Below are positions 8,907-16,798 of a stretch of DNA of 52,579 bases, one piece after another; within the stretch, counting starts at the first letter, position 1, and each line of letters opens with the position of its first letter. Source of the stretch: a virus (Duplodnaviria; Heunggongvirae; Uroviricota; Caudoviricetes). The stretch lies in IMG/VR virus record IMGVR_UViG_2684622554_000006; one strand, written 5' to 3'. The translations under genes and the position numbers were made by a program. The notes beneath the pieces are model-generated. The model saw only the letters and a list, made by a program, of their open reading frames with translations. It searched no databases and was not told the origin of the DNA.

Positions 8907-8948
8907 AGCGCGCACAAAACAGGCAAAAACGGGATTTCAGAATCCCGT
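8856..8948. repeat. Two direct copies of a ~25-bp element, each with a 20-bp palindrome (ACGGGACTTACGAATCCCGT at 8856-8875; ACGGGATTTCAGAATCCCGT at 8929-8948)
   Basis: Read directly: both are framed by AAACGGGA...TCCCGTAAA, 73 bp apart, straddling the A stop codon (8904-8906) and lying just upstream of parM. Confidence 0.6.
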
Positions 8949-8982
8949 AAACGATTAATTAATCAACATAAGGAAAAGCGAC

Positions 8983-9942
8983 ATGAAAATTTGTATCGAC
9001 GACGGCTCCACCAACATCAAGCTGGCATGGACTGAGAATGGCGAACGCCGCAACGCCATCAGCCCGAACAGCTTCAAGTCGGAATGGTCTGCGCCGTTCG
9101 GTGGCATGCAGCCCGCGAACTACATGCTTGATGGCGTGCGCTATGGTTTTGATCCGGTTAGCGATCGCTTTGTCCAGACGACCGACACGCAATACCAGTA
9201 CAGCGATGTGAATGTAATCGCCATTCATCACGCGCTGGTCAAATCAGGCATCACGCCACAGGAGGTGGATGTGGTTGTCACCCTGCCACTGAGCGAGTAT
9301 TTCGACACAAACGCACAGCCGGACATGGCCAACATCAACCGCAAAAAAGCGAACGTTATGCGCCCGGTGGAATACCAGAACGGCGAAGCATTCACTATCC
9401 GTAACGTGCGGGTTATGCCTGAATCCATTCCGGCTGGCTTTAAAGCACTGGCTGACATGAGTCCGTTTGAATCCCTGCTGATTGTGGATTTAGGCGGAAC
9501 CACGCTGGATGTGGCAAAGGTTCAAGGGCAACTGGCAGGTATCAGCCAGGTGTTTTGCGATCCACACGTAGGCGTTTCCCTGATGGCCGATGCCGTACTG
9601 TCGGTGATGGCCACTAACGGTATGCGCACCAGTCACCACATCGCCAATACCATTATCGAACATCGCCATGATGAAGCCTGGCTGCGCCAGCACATCCACA
9701 ATGACGCGCATTACGCCAGCCTGATGGCGGTTATTCGTGAAAAGGAAGAAACACTGAAACAACGCGTGATCCGCGCGCTGGCGGTTTTTTCGGGTTACGG
9801 GCGGGTGATGGTTGTCGGTGGAGGGGCGGAGATTGTGGCACCCGCTATCCGCGAAGTCTGCGGAGTTAATGCGACTTTCATCGCGGACGGGGTGCCACAG
9901 TTTGCTCTGGTTAATGGGCTGTACGCAATGGACAAGGAGTAA
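8983..9942 (+). CDS. parM: ParM/StbA-like actin-type plasmid-segregation ATPase
   Basis: N-terminus MKICIDDGSTNIKLAW, phosphate-2 motif LLIVDLGGTTLDVAKV and C-terminal VMVVGGGAE match ParM of plasmid R1 closely; RBS AAGGAAAA. Confidence 0.85.
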   Translation: MKICIDDGSTNIKLAWTENGERRNAISPNSFKSEWSAPFGGMQPANYMLDGVRYGFDPVSDRFVQTTDTQYQYSDVNVIAIHHALVKSGITPQEVDVVVTLPLSEYFDTNAQPDMANINRKKANVMRPVEYQNGEAFTIRNVRVMPESIPAGFKALADMSPFESLLIVDLGGTTLDVAKVQGQLAGISQVFCDPHVGVSLMADAVLSVMATNGMRTSHHIANTIIEHRHDEAWLRQHIHNDAHYASLMAVIREKEETLKQRVIRALAVFSGYGRVMVVGGGAEIVAPAIREVCGVNATFIADGVPQFALVNGLYAMDKE

Positions 9943-9946
9943 ACCA

Positions 9947-10261
9947 ATGACGACACCAACCAGACGGATAAGTTTCTATCTGAAGCCCGCCGCCGTCAAG
10001 AGTGAACAGGAGGCGTGCAATTACCTCGATAGCCTGCCAGCCTCCGAACGCAGCCGCGCGCAACGCGCGGCCTTTCTGGCTGGGCTAGCGCTCATAAAGC
10101 GCAACCCAGCATTTGCCTACTGGATGGCCGAATGGCCAGAGGACAACCTCCCCTTCAATACCGTTAGCATCAAGGAAACATACCAGGATAATCAGCCTAG
10201 CGGAGTTGAATGCAATTTTTATAAAATAAAAAAGAATATTCAGACCTTATTCCCAGAATAA
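9947..10261 (+). CDS. parR: ParR-like centromere-binding adaptor (104 aa)
   Basis: ATG at 9947 with AAGGAG RBS; RRISFYLKP...LDSLPASERSRAQRAAFLAGLAL resembles the R1 ParR N-terminal region; directly downstream of parM. Confidence 0.7.
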   Translation: MTTPTRRISFYLKPAAVKSEQEACNYLDSLPASERSRAQRAAFLAGLALIKRNPAFAYWMAEWPEDNLPFNTVSIKETYQDNQPSGVECNFYKIKKNIQTLFPE

Positions 10262-10310
10262 TCTGATAATTGTATGTGAACTAATAAAATACAGACCAAC
10301 ACATCATTCT

Positions 10311-10333
10311 GGCACCCTTGCTAACAGGGTGCC
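10311..10333. terminator. Stem-loop (GGCACCCT-7 nt-AGGGTGCC) between the parR stop and the 3' end of the minus-strand cassette; possible bidirectional terminator
   Basis: Perfect 8-bp stem read directly; only moderately U-rich flank. Confidence 0.35.
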
Positions 10334-10344
10334 AATGTTTCAAA

Positions 10345-11187
10345 TCATGATGAAATTGCCGAAGTTTTTTTATCGTGCTGAAGTACCGCAAATGCCATTA
10401 AAACCTCAAGAGAATAGCGGCGATAATACTTAACAAAACCATAATAAAATACTCGGGATGCAGCAATACAAAACAAGAGAAGAAAACAAAAAGGTAACAG
10501 TCTGATATTTATATCTATTAAAAAGGATAGAAGGAGCAGGAACATAAGCAACCAGACTGAAGCGAGAAAAACAAATGTAATGTTTCTACAAAAACCATAC
10601 AAAGCAACATAGTTTTGCATTTTCACCTGATGATTTTTAGAATGTTCATACACATAATGATAAGCAAGGCGAAAAAGATCGCCCCTCAAGCCCTTACGTC
10701 GATATAGCGTAGATACAGAAAAAACATTTATATAACCATCTCGTATTTGCGGCCAAAAGACTTTAATAAGTATAGAATGCAGTGTGGTTTTATGATGTTC
10801 TGCTTTATCAAAAGCTGATACAGGAAATAAAAAAACTCCACGAATAAAATTAACTATACTGAACTTAGTATTATGTCGTTTTATTTTCAGGGAGCTTCTT
10901 TTAGAAAACAGATAAATTGAAGGATACCCAAGTTTACTGTTCATGTATTTTTCAATTAAACAGGATGATAGAATAGATATGAAGTGACCTGAAATATATG
11001 ATAGAACGATTAATACCACATATATAAATACACTTATTATTTCTTTATATTTCAGGATATGGTTAAGAATACCTTCTATATAAACAGGGTTAATTTCAAT
11101 AGAAAACAAAAAAAGGATAAACAGGAATAACCCACCTGGAATTAGATAGCCCAAAAAGTCATAAAATGAAAACGGATTCTGTGTCAC
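10345..11187 (-). CDS. Hypothetical polytopic membrane protein (280 aa): two N-terminal and two C-terminal TM segments around a ~130-aa basic, aromatic-rich loop
   Basis: Intact ORF in a strongly AT-rich island; hydrophobic segments LGYLIPGGLFLFILFLFSI, IISVFIYVVLIVLSYISGHFISILSS, VFLASVWLLMFLLLLSFLI and LLPFCFLLLFCIAASRVFYYGFV; no family recognised. Confidence 0.6.
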   Translation of the reverse strand: MTQNPFSFYDFLGYLIPGGLFLFILFLFSIEINPVYIEGILNHILKYKEIISVFIYVVLIVLSYISGHFISILSSCLIEKYMNSKLGYPSIYLFSKRSSLKIKRHNTKFSIVNFIRGVFLFPVSAFDKAEHHKTTLHSILIKVFWPQIRDGYINVFSVSTLYRRKGLRGDLFRLAYHYVYEHSKNHQVKMQNYVALYGFCRNITFVFLASVWLLMFLLLLSFLIDINIRLLPFCFLLLFCIAASRVFYYGFVKYYRRYSLEVLMAFAVLQHDKKTSAISS

Positions 11188-11226
11188 ACTTCCCCCTGTG
11201 TTACTTGTAAATTAAAGGGTAAAACA

Positions 11227-11724
11227 TTATTTGTTTTTCCGTAAAGGATTAGCTTTCCATCTTCTTACTAACCATTCGAATTCTTGATATGTAGTATCCG
11301 AATTAATGCTTTCTCTGATTGCTTTAATTAATGGCTCGGCAATATCATATGTCTCTACAACTGTTGTGTAAGATGTTCTTTTTATCATTTTTTCATCATA
11401 AATACCTTCACGAATACTTACAGCAACTCGCTCGTAAAAATTTAAAATATATTGAAATTTTCGACGCTCGGCCATTTCTTCATCTGTTATTATGCAACCA
11501 TCACAAGGAAAAACATAAGAACGAAATGATTTGCCTGAACGATGCACTTGTTTCAGGGTATGCAATGACTCTATATATTGCATATCTTGCCGACTCTCAA
11601 AAAGAAAGTTGGCCGTTTGAGTTTTTTTTGCGGTACGCACATTGTAGATAATGGTTCCAATGGCAACCAAAACGCCAAGCAGAACAATAGCATTGCTGAT
11701 GATTTGTAGTGTTATTGGGTTCAT
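11227..11724 (-). CDS. Hypothetical protein (165 aa) with one N-terminal TM helix and a soluble C-terminal domain; first gene of the AT-rich cassette
   Basis: Intact ORF with ATG at 11722-11724, 39 bp upstream of the 280-aa membrane protein and co-directional with it; no family recognised. Confidence 0.6.
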   Translation of the reverse strand: MNPITLQIISNAIVLLGVLVAIGTIIYNVRTAKKTQTANFLFESRQDMQYIESLHTLKQVHRSGKSFRSYVFPCDGCIITDEEMAERRKFQYILNFYERVAVSIREGIYDEKMIKRTSYTTVVETYDIAEPLIKAIRESINSDTTYQEFEWLVRRWKANPLRKNK

Positions 11725-11738
11725 CCTATTTCATCCAT

Positions 11739-11765
11739 AAAAAAGGCGGGGAGCAAATCCCCGCC
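11739..11765 (-). terminator. Rho-independent terminator-like hairpin (GGCGGGGA-GCAAA-TCCCCGCC with a U-run on the minus strand)
   Basis: 8-bp GC-rich stem plus T-run on the minus strand, 15 nt upstream of the cassette start codon; it also contains a GGCGGGGA motif reminiscent of P2-family cos sequences. Confidence 0.4.
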
Positions 11766-11921
11766 TCATTAGAGGTCAACGTAGCTTAGAAACCATCAAA
11801 TTCATCATACATTTTTTTCATATCAACCCCCTCATAGAAATCATAACCACGTTTTGTGGTTTTTGTGACGTATAAACTACATCAAAGGCAAGCCACGGTC
11901 AAATATATAGGCATGCTTACC

Positions 11922-11948
11922 TGCACAAAAGTGCACAAATTTGCACAA
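11922..11948. repeat. Three phased direct repeats TGCACAA at 10-bp spacing (11922, 11932, 11942) followed by a T-run
   Basis: Read directly; helical phasing suggests a protein-binding or bent-DNA element in the non-coding stretch between the cassette and the next gene. Confidence 0.5.
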
Positions 11949-12320
11949 TTTTTTTGAACGACTTTTTACCCTTCCGGCCCGCATGGCGGCTGGATCCGTC
12001 AAGGATCCGTGCGTGCACAAAAAAACGCGCTTTTTCTGCGCGCAGGTGACGGGGGAACAGCCCGCGTTTCAGGGGGTAAATAGCATTCCCTGAACGATGT
12101 CGCAGAGACACAACAGAATGGCCATATTTCTCACGCTGAGCATGAAAAAGGCGTGAGGGCTTTTGATTTGATGGGGTGAAAGGTAAGGCCGTCAAAATCG
12201 CACTGAGGCAGCGAGAACATGCAGTCAACGCGGTGGAATTGCGTAAGAGTCTGACCGTCGATGGTGGCGATAAACTGGAAGGCGTCGTGAAATTATCTGA
12301 TTGATACAGGAGCTGGAGAG

Positions 12321-12347
12321 CCGGGGCATAAATTTTTTATGCCCCGG
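12321..12347. promoter_or_regulatory. Perfect 27-bp palindrome CCGGGGCATAAA-TTT-TTTATGCCCCGG, candidate operator
   Basis: 12-bp perfect arms read directly, about 100 bp upstream of the 12448 start codon. Confidence 0.45.
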
Positions 12348-12447
12348 CGAAGCAGCAGACAAGCGAAGCGCGTCAGCGATACGGCACCTTGCCGACCATA
12401 CTTCATAAGTGCAAAATACGAGCAAAGAAATCAATGGAGGCTGTCTT

Positions 12448-12972
12448 ATGGTCATTAATTACAAGCAGTTAAGAGAAAAACGGGAGCAGGTAAAGGAGAG
12501 CTTTCGCCGCAATGAAGATCTGACCCCGCTTGTACGCCTTGCCCAGGGCATTGTTGATGCTTATGAAATCTCGCTGGAGCTGCCATCACAGACCTGGACA
12601 GATAGCGACGGTAATCGCCAGCATTACGTTTCATGCGGACTGGAAGCAGCCGAAGGATTTCGCAGAATGCCTTTATCCCAGATCCCTGCCGCTACCCCCA
12701 AAGCACGGGGCAGCAATGATGAGCGAAAACTGACTTTTAGTATTGAAACGGTGGTTGACGACACACCTGGCGAAGTCGCGTTCGTGCACACTCCTGTTTC
12801 GATCGCAATGTATAACGATGAAATACAGGTTCGCGTTAATAATAATATCGTGCCACTTAAAGAAGGTAATTCACCCTACACCACCGTTTGTGAAGCCATT
12901 CAATATTACGTTCTCTCTGAAATTGATAATCTCAAGCCTGACGGCACCCAGAAAATGGTTCAACTCTGGTAA
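12448..12972 (+). CDS. Hypothetical protein (174 aa) convergent with the portal gene
   Basis: ATG at 12448 with GGAGG RBS, inside track ORF 12409-12972; no motif recognised. Confidence 0.5.
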   Translation: MVINYKQLREKREQVKESFRRNEDLTPLVRLAQGIVDAYEISLELPSQTWTDSDGNRQHYVSCGLEAAEGFRRMPLSQIPAATPKARGSNDERKLTFSIETVVDDTPGEVAFVHTPVSIAMYNDEIQVRVNNNIVPLKEGNSPYTTVCEAIQYYVLSEIDNLKPDGTQKMVQLW

Positions 12973-12976
12973 AAAG

Positions 12977-13006
12977 GACAGCCCCATCACGGGGCTGTTT
13001 TTTCAT
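12977..13006. terminator. Bidirectional terminator hairpin (CAGCCCC-ATCA-CGGGGCTG) with flanking A-run and T-run, overlapping the last codons of Q
   Basis: Stem-loop with AAAAAG upstream and TTTTTT downstream, between two convergent genes. Confidence 0.55.
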
Positions 13007-14033
13007 CAAGAAGAGCATAAGAGTTAAAACGGATCACCTCTTCGCCAAGCCAGTCATTGATGTGCTTCATAGCCTCCATAACGGGCATCAGCTCGTTAAT
13101 TGCGTAAACCCGCGCTGCCTTCTCCACATCGCCAAACGCACTTTTTTCGCCCGGCATCGCCCCCATCAGTTGCGGCGGAACGCGGTGCGCAGCCAGCACA
13201 TCATCACGGGATGCCGCCTTAACATTCATGAATTCATCTTTTGCGGTGATCTGCTGGAACGGCAAAATTTGCACCCCCTCTTTGCCCCCGTTGGGCGCAT
13301 GAATGAGCACGTTTTTAAACGCACCACCACCACGTGCCCCCTGTAGCGTTTCTTTCAGGGAGTCCATGCTTTCGCGGTTTACCTGCGCTGCACCGATGTA
13401 GATGATGCACCCGGCGTGGGATCCGTTGTCGTAGTACAGTTTTCTGAACATGTCCGCCGAATGAGAAAGGCTGGCCGAGAGTAATGCGCCAAGATATTCC
13501 GGCATGCCGTAGATTTCCTGGTTAATATCCGGATTCATCAGGTGGCACACTTTGCCAGGACGAAACTGAAACGCGTCCTTGCCATCCTGCACATACCACC
13601 ATGATTCAAGATCGCTTCCGCGTCGCATGTATTTCGCCAGGGCGTGCCGTAATTTAAGCGGTTCGCCGAGCATATTGCTTCGAAGCTCAAGGAATGCGTT
13701 ACCGAACACAAACCAGTCCAGCGCCAGCGCCGAGAAATCCTGCCGGGAAAGCAGCGGGTGCGGGATGTAGCAACCGAGTAATACATTGCGCTTAAAGTAA
13801 AGCGCAGACTGATGCCAGGACGTTTGCCGGGCTGCTCTTGCCAGACCGTACCAGTCCACCGGGGTTTCATACCACCGCCCGTTATCAGCACAGTACATAT
13901 TGTCCAGCAGGTCATGCCCGGTCAGGCGATAAGGACCATCAAATGTGAATGCACTGAGCGATGATTCTTTCCTGAGCGCATCAGCGAGATCAATGCGTGA
14001 ACTCATGCGCACTTTTTTATTTTTTCTGCTCAT
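12987..14033 (-). CDS. Q: Portal vertex protein (P2 gpQ family)
   Basis: 348-aa ORF, size and order as P2 Q (Q-P leftward pair); its start overlaps the P stop (ATGA). Confidence 0.9.
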   Translation of the reverse strand: MSRKNKKVRMSSRIDLADALRKESSLSAFTFDGPYRLTGHDLLDNMYCADNGRWYETPVDWYGLARAARQTSWHQSALYFKRNVLLGCYIPHPLLSRQDFSALALDWFVFGNAFLELRSNMLGEPLKLRHALAKYMRRGSDLESWWYVQDGKDAFQFRPGKVCHLMNPDINQEIYGMPEYLGALLSASLSHSADMFRKLYYDNGSHAGCIIYIGAAQVNRESMDSLKETLQGARGGGAFKNVLIHAPNGGKEGVQILPFQQITAKDEFMNVKAASRDDVLAAHRVPPQLMGAMPGEKSAFGDVEKAARVYAINELMPVMEAMKHINDWLGEEVIRFNSYALLDEKTAP

Positions 14034-15784
14034 CAGAACTCCATAACCATGAAACGCTCGTTTTCTCCTTCGCCGCCAATTGGTTCGTTAATGACAGCAA
14101 GCATGGTTGCCCACGCAAGGTCGCCGTGGCTGATCCCCCTCGCGCGGTCCGTTTCGTAAGTGATAAAGCCGCCCGGTGTTTTCACCTTACGCACGGCGTT
14201 AAAGGCCGCGACCAGCTCGCGTTCGGCGCGATCGTATTCCCACCGCCCGGCACGCATTATTTGCAGCATTTTCAGTACCAGCGACCGTTTTGATGACAGC
14301 GTGAAGGTGTACGGAATAGCAGCAGGGAAAAACCGCTTCACTATCTGATAAACAGCCTCCCCGTTCCCGCCCGTCACATCAATGCCGATGTGTTCCACGT
14401 TGTAGCGACACGTGAACTCTTCAATGACTCTGGCCTGTTCTTCAAACTCCAGCCCCTGAACGCGTCGCGTCTCCACCGTTCGAAAACGGCCGCCAGGAAC
14501 AGCCGGAGGAACCACCACGGACACAGCGCCGCTGTCGCCGTTGCCACTACTGCCGTTTGCGTCATACCCAATCCATACCGGACGATTCCCCATCGGGCGG
14601 GGAGCAAAAGGTTTCCAGTCTTTCCAGTCGTCGTATCCGTCAACACCGCAGCCAATCAGGATATTCAGGTTAAATGCCGATTCCCCTTCGCGGACAAACT
14701 CACACATATAGAGATTGAGGAACTCGTCTTCGGTGTTTTCATCACGAATTTCGTCGATATCGGTGTGTTTCCAGCCGTGATTAACCACATCTTCCAGCGT
14801 GACAATTTGCCGCCACGTCCGGTCAGGGCAGATAAGCCCATTATGCAGCGTTTTCCAGTCCACAGAAAAACGCTGGCGTTTATGCGAGGCCTTTTTCTCG
14901 TTCCAGCGGTCGCCGTTCCAGTAGGCGTATGCCTCGTGCGTTTCGGTGGATGGCGTGGAGAAGTAGGTGCGCCGCAGTCCGCTGAGGGTTGCCATAGCGC
15001 CAGCCACCTTGCGCAGTTCAGCAAAGCGACTGACCCAGAAAAATTCATCAAAATAAAAATTGCCCGTATAGGACTGTGCCGACGCAGCAGAAGTGCCGAG
15101 AAAATGCAGCTCTGCGCCGTTGGAGAGGATGATTTTATCGCCCCCTTTCAGCTCCACATCAACTTCAGCCGCGGCCTTCTGAATAATGCTTTTAAACTGG
15201 AACGCCTGACGACGCGACGCAGACAAAAAAATCTGGTTACGCTGGTAAGGTTGCGCCACATCGTCACGCAGCGCCATCAGCAGTGCTTCCTGTGCAAAAT
15301 ACCAGGTCGCCCCAATCTGTCGGGATTTCAGGATCATCCTGTTACGTATCCCGGCTTCCCTGCAAAGGGTCAGGGAGTCAAACCAGCCCCGCTGATGCCA
15401 CTCCAGCCTGCTGATGATTTTTTCCCGCAGTGCGGCAATCTGTTCCGGCGTGAAATGATTTTTGAGTTTTTTCGCCCGGCCTTTCTTTCCTGCGGCCATC
15501 ACATCCGGCTGGCCATCATGCAGCTTTTTAAGCTGCCGGGTCAGCAGGTCTATTTCCTTAAAGTCACCGCCTGTTTTATTCTGTTTTTCAGTAAGCTGGA
15601 TGAGGCGCGCATCGATGGACTGCGTGACACGCTGCACGGGTGGCGTTTCATCCCACTGGTCACGTTTTTTCCACGCATAAATCGTGTTCGGGTTTATTCC
15701 CATCAGACGTGATATTTCTGCGGGCGGATAACCCTGCCAGTAAAGTTGCCGCGCACGCTGGCGCACAAAAGCGTCCTGAATCAT
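14033..15784 (-). CDS. P: Terminase large (ATPase) subunit (P2 gpP family)
   Basis: 583-aa ORF upstream of Q on the same strand; GGGGGAG RBS. Confidence 0.9.
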   Translation of the reverse strand: MIQDAFVRQRARQLYWQGYPPAEISRLMGINPNTIYAWKKRDQWDETPPVQRVTQSIDARLIQLTEKQNKTGGDFKEIDLLTRQLKKLHDGQPDVMAAGKKGRAKKLKNHFTPEQIAALREKIISRLEWHQRGWFDSLTLCREAGIRNRMILKSRQIGATWYFAQEALLMALRDDVAQPYQRNQIFLSASRRQAFQFKSIIQKAAAEVDVELKGGDKIILSNGAELHFLGTSAASAQSYTGNFYFDEFFWVSRFAELRKVAGAMATLSGLRRTYFSTPSTETHEAYAYWNGDRWNEKKASHKRQRFSVDWKTLHNGLICPDRTWRQIVTLEDVVNHGWKHTDIDEIRDENTEDEFLNLYMCEFVREGESAFNLNILIGCGVDGYDDWKDWKPFAPRPMGNRPVWIGYDANGSSGNGDSGAVSVVVPPAVPGGRFRTVETRRVQGLEFEEQARVIEEFTCRYNVEHIGIDVTGGNGEAVYQIVKRFFPAAIPYTFTLSSKRSLVLKMLQIMRAGRWEYDRAERELVAAFNAVRKVKTPGGFITYETDRARGISHGDLAWATMLAVINEPIGGEGENERFMVMEF

Positions 15785-15938
15785 TGCTCCCCCTGAGTAA
15801 TTACAGGAAGATTACCCGCGCGCGAAACTGTTCTCCTTAACCCTCTGTTCTGACTGTTTTCTTACAACAAAAGCCCTTTGTATCAGCCTGTTACGCTTTG
15901 CCATCATGACTGAAGAACCAGTCAGAGGGGCAAAAACT
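15785..15938. promoter_or_regulatory. Divergent late-promoter region between P (leftward) and O (rightward)
   Basis: By synteny with the P2 P_P/P_O late promoters; several TGT...ACA half-site pairs are present but could not be matched with confidence to an Ogr site. Confidence 0.4.
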
Positions 15939-16775
15939 ATGGCTAATGAAAAAAAGACATCCCGCAAAAAGTTTCGCGTGGCTGTCTCCGGATCAACTGT
16001 TGATGGCCGTGAAATCAGTCCGGTGCATCTGCGTGAAGCCGCCGAGAACTTCAACCCGGATGTTTACGCTGCCCGCGTGAACGTTGAGCACTATCTCTCG
16101 CCATGTCCGTCAAGCGAATTTTCCGCAATGGGCGATGTCACCGCACTGAGTACGGAAGACATTACGGAAGGTCCGCTGGCCGGACGTACTGCGCTGTATG
16201 CAGAAATCGAACCGACCGAGCGCATGAAGCAGCTTGTCGCTGACGGCAAGAAAATCTATTCCAGTATCGAACTGCACCCGCAGTTCTCCGTTAACGGGCG
16301 CGCCTATCTGGTCGGGCTGGCGATGACCGACACCCCGGCAAGCCTGGGCACTGAGCGCCTGAAATTCACGGCACAGCAACGTCAGGCGGTGATGACGTTC
16401 AACAGTATCCAGGGTGAAGCACCGCTTATCTCCGAAGCCATCGAGTCTGAAATCATCGAAATGGCAGAACAACGCCAGGAAGAAGGCACCCAGTGGTTTA
16501 ACCGCGTAATGGGGATTATTGGTCGTGGCCGCAAAGCGGATGACGCCAGTTTCTCCCGAATTCAGGAAGCGGTGGAAGGCGTTGCAACGTCACAGGCCGA
16601 CATTATCGACCGTTTTAATGTGCTGGAAACCCGCCATCAGCAGGACCGCCAGAAAATCACGTCACTGACCACAGAGCTGACAGCATTGAAGGAAAAACTG
16701 CGCACGCAGGACGGCGATCCGCAGAACCGCTTCACCGCAACGGGCGCAGCCTCCGACCAGCTGGCTGACTTCTGA
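15939..16775 (+). CDS. O: Capsid scaffolding protein (P2 gpO family)
   Basis: ATG at 15939 within track ORF 15906-16775; N-terminal KKFRVAVSGSTVDGREISPVHLREAAENF matches the gpO pattern. Confidence 0.85.
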   Translation: MANEKKTSRKKFRVAVSGSTVDGREISPVHLREAAENFNPDVYAARVNVEHYLSPCPSSEFSAMGDVTALSTEDITEGPLAGRTALYAEIEPTERMKQLVADGKKIYSSIELHPQFSVNGRAYLVGLAMTDTPASLGTERLKFTAQQRQAVMTFNSIQGEAPLISEAIESEIIEMAEQRQEEGTQWFNRVMGIIGRGRKADDASFSRIQEAVEGVATSQADIIDRFNVLETRHQQDRQKITSLTTELTALKEKLRTQDGDPQNRFTATGAASDQLADF

Positions 16776-16798
16776 TAAGACAAAGGAGCAAATTTTTT

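Noticed and set aside
14390-15712. 440-aa ORF on the plus strand
   Set aside because: Lies entirely antisense within the terminase large-subunit gene P, with no RBS or recognisable domain; a shadow ORF of GC-rich coding sequence.
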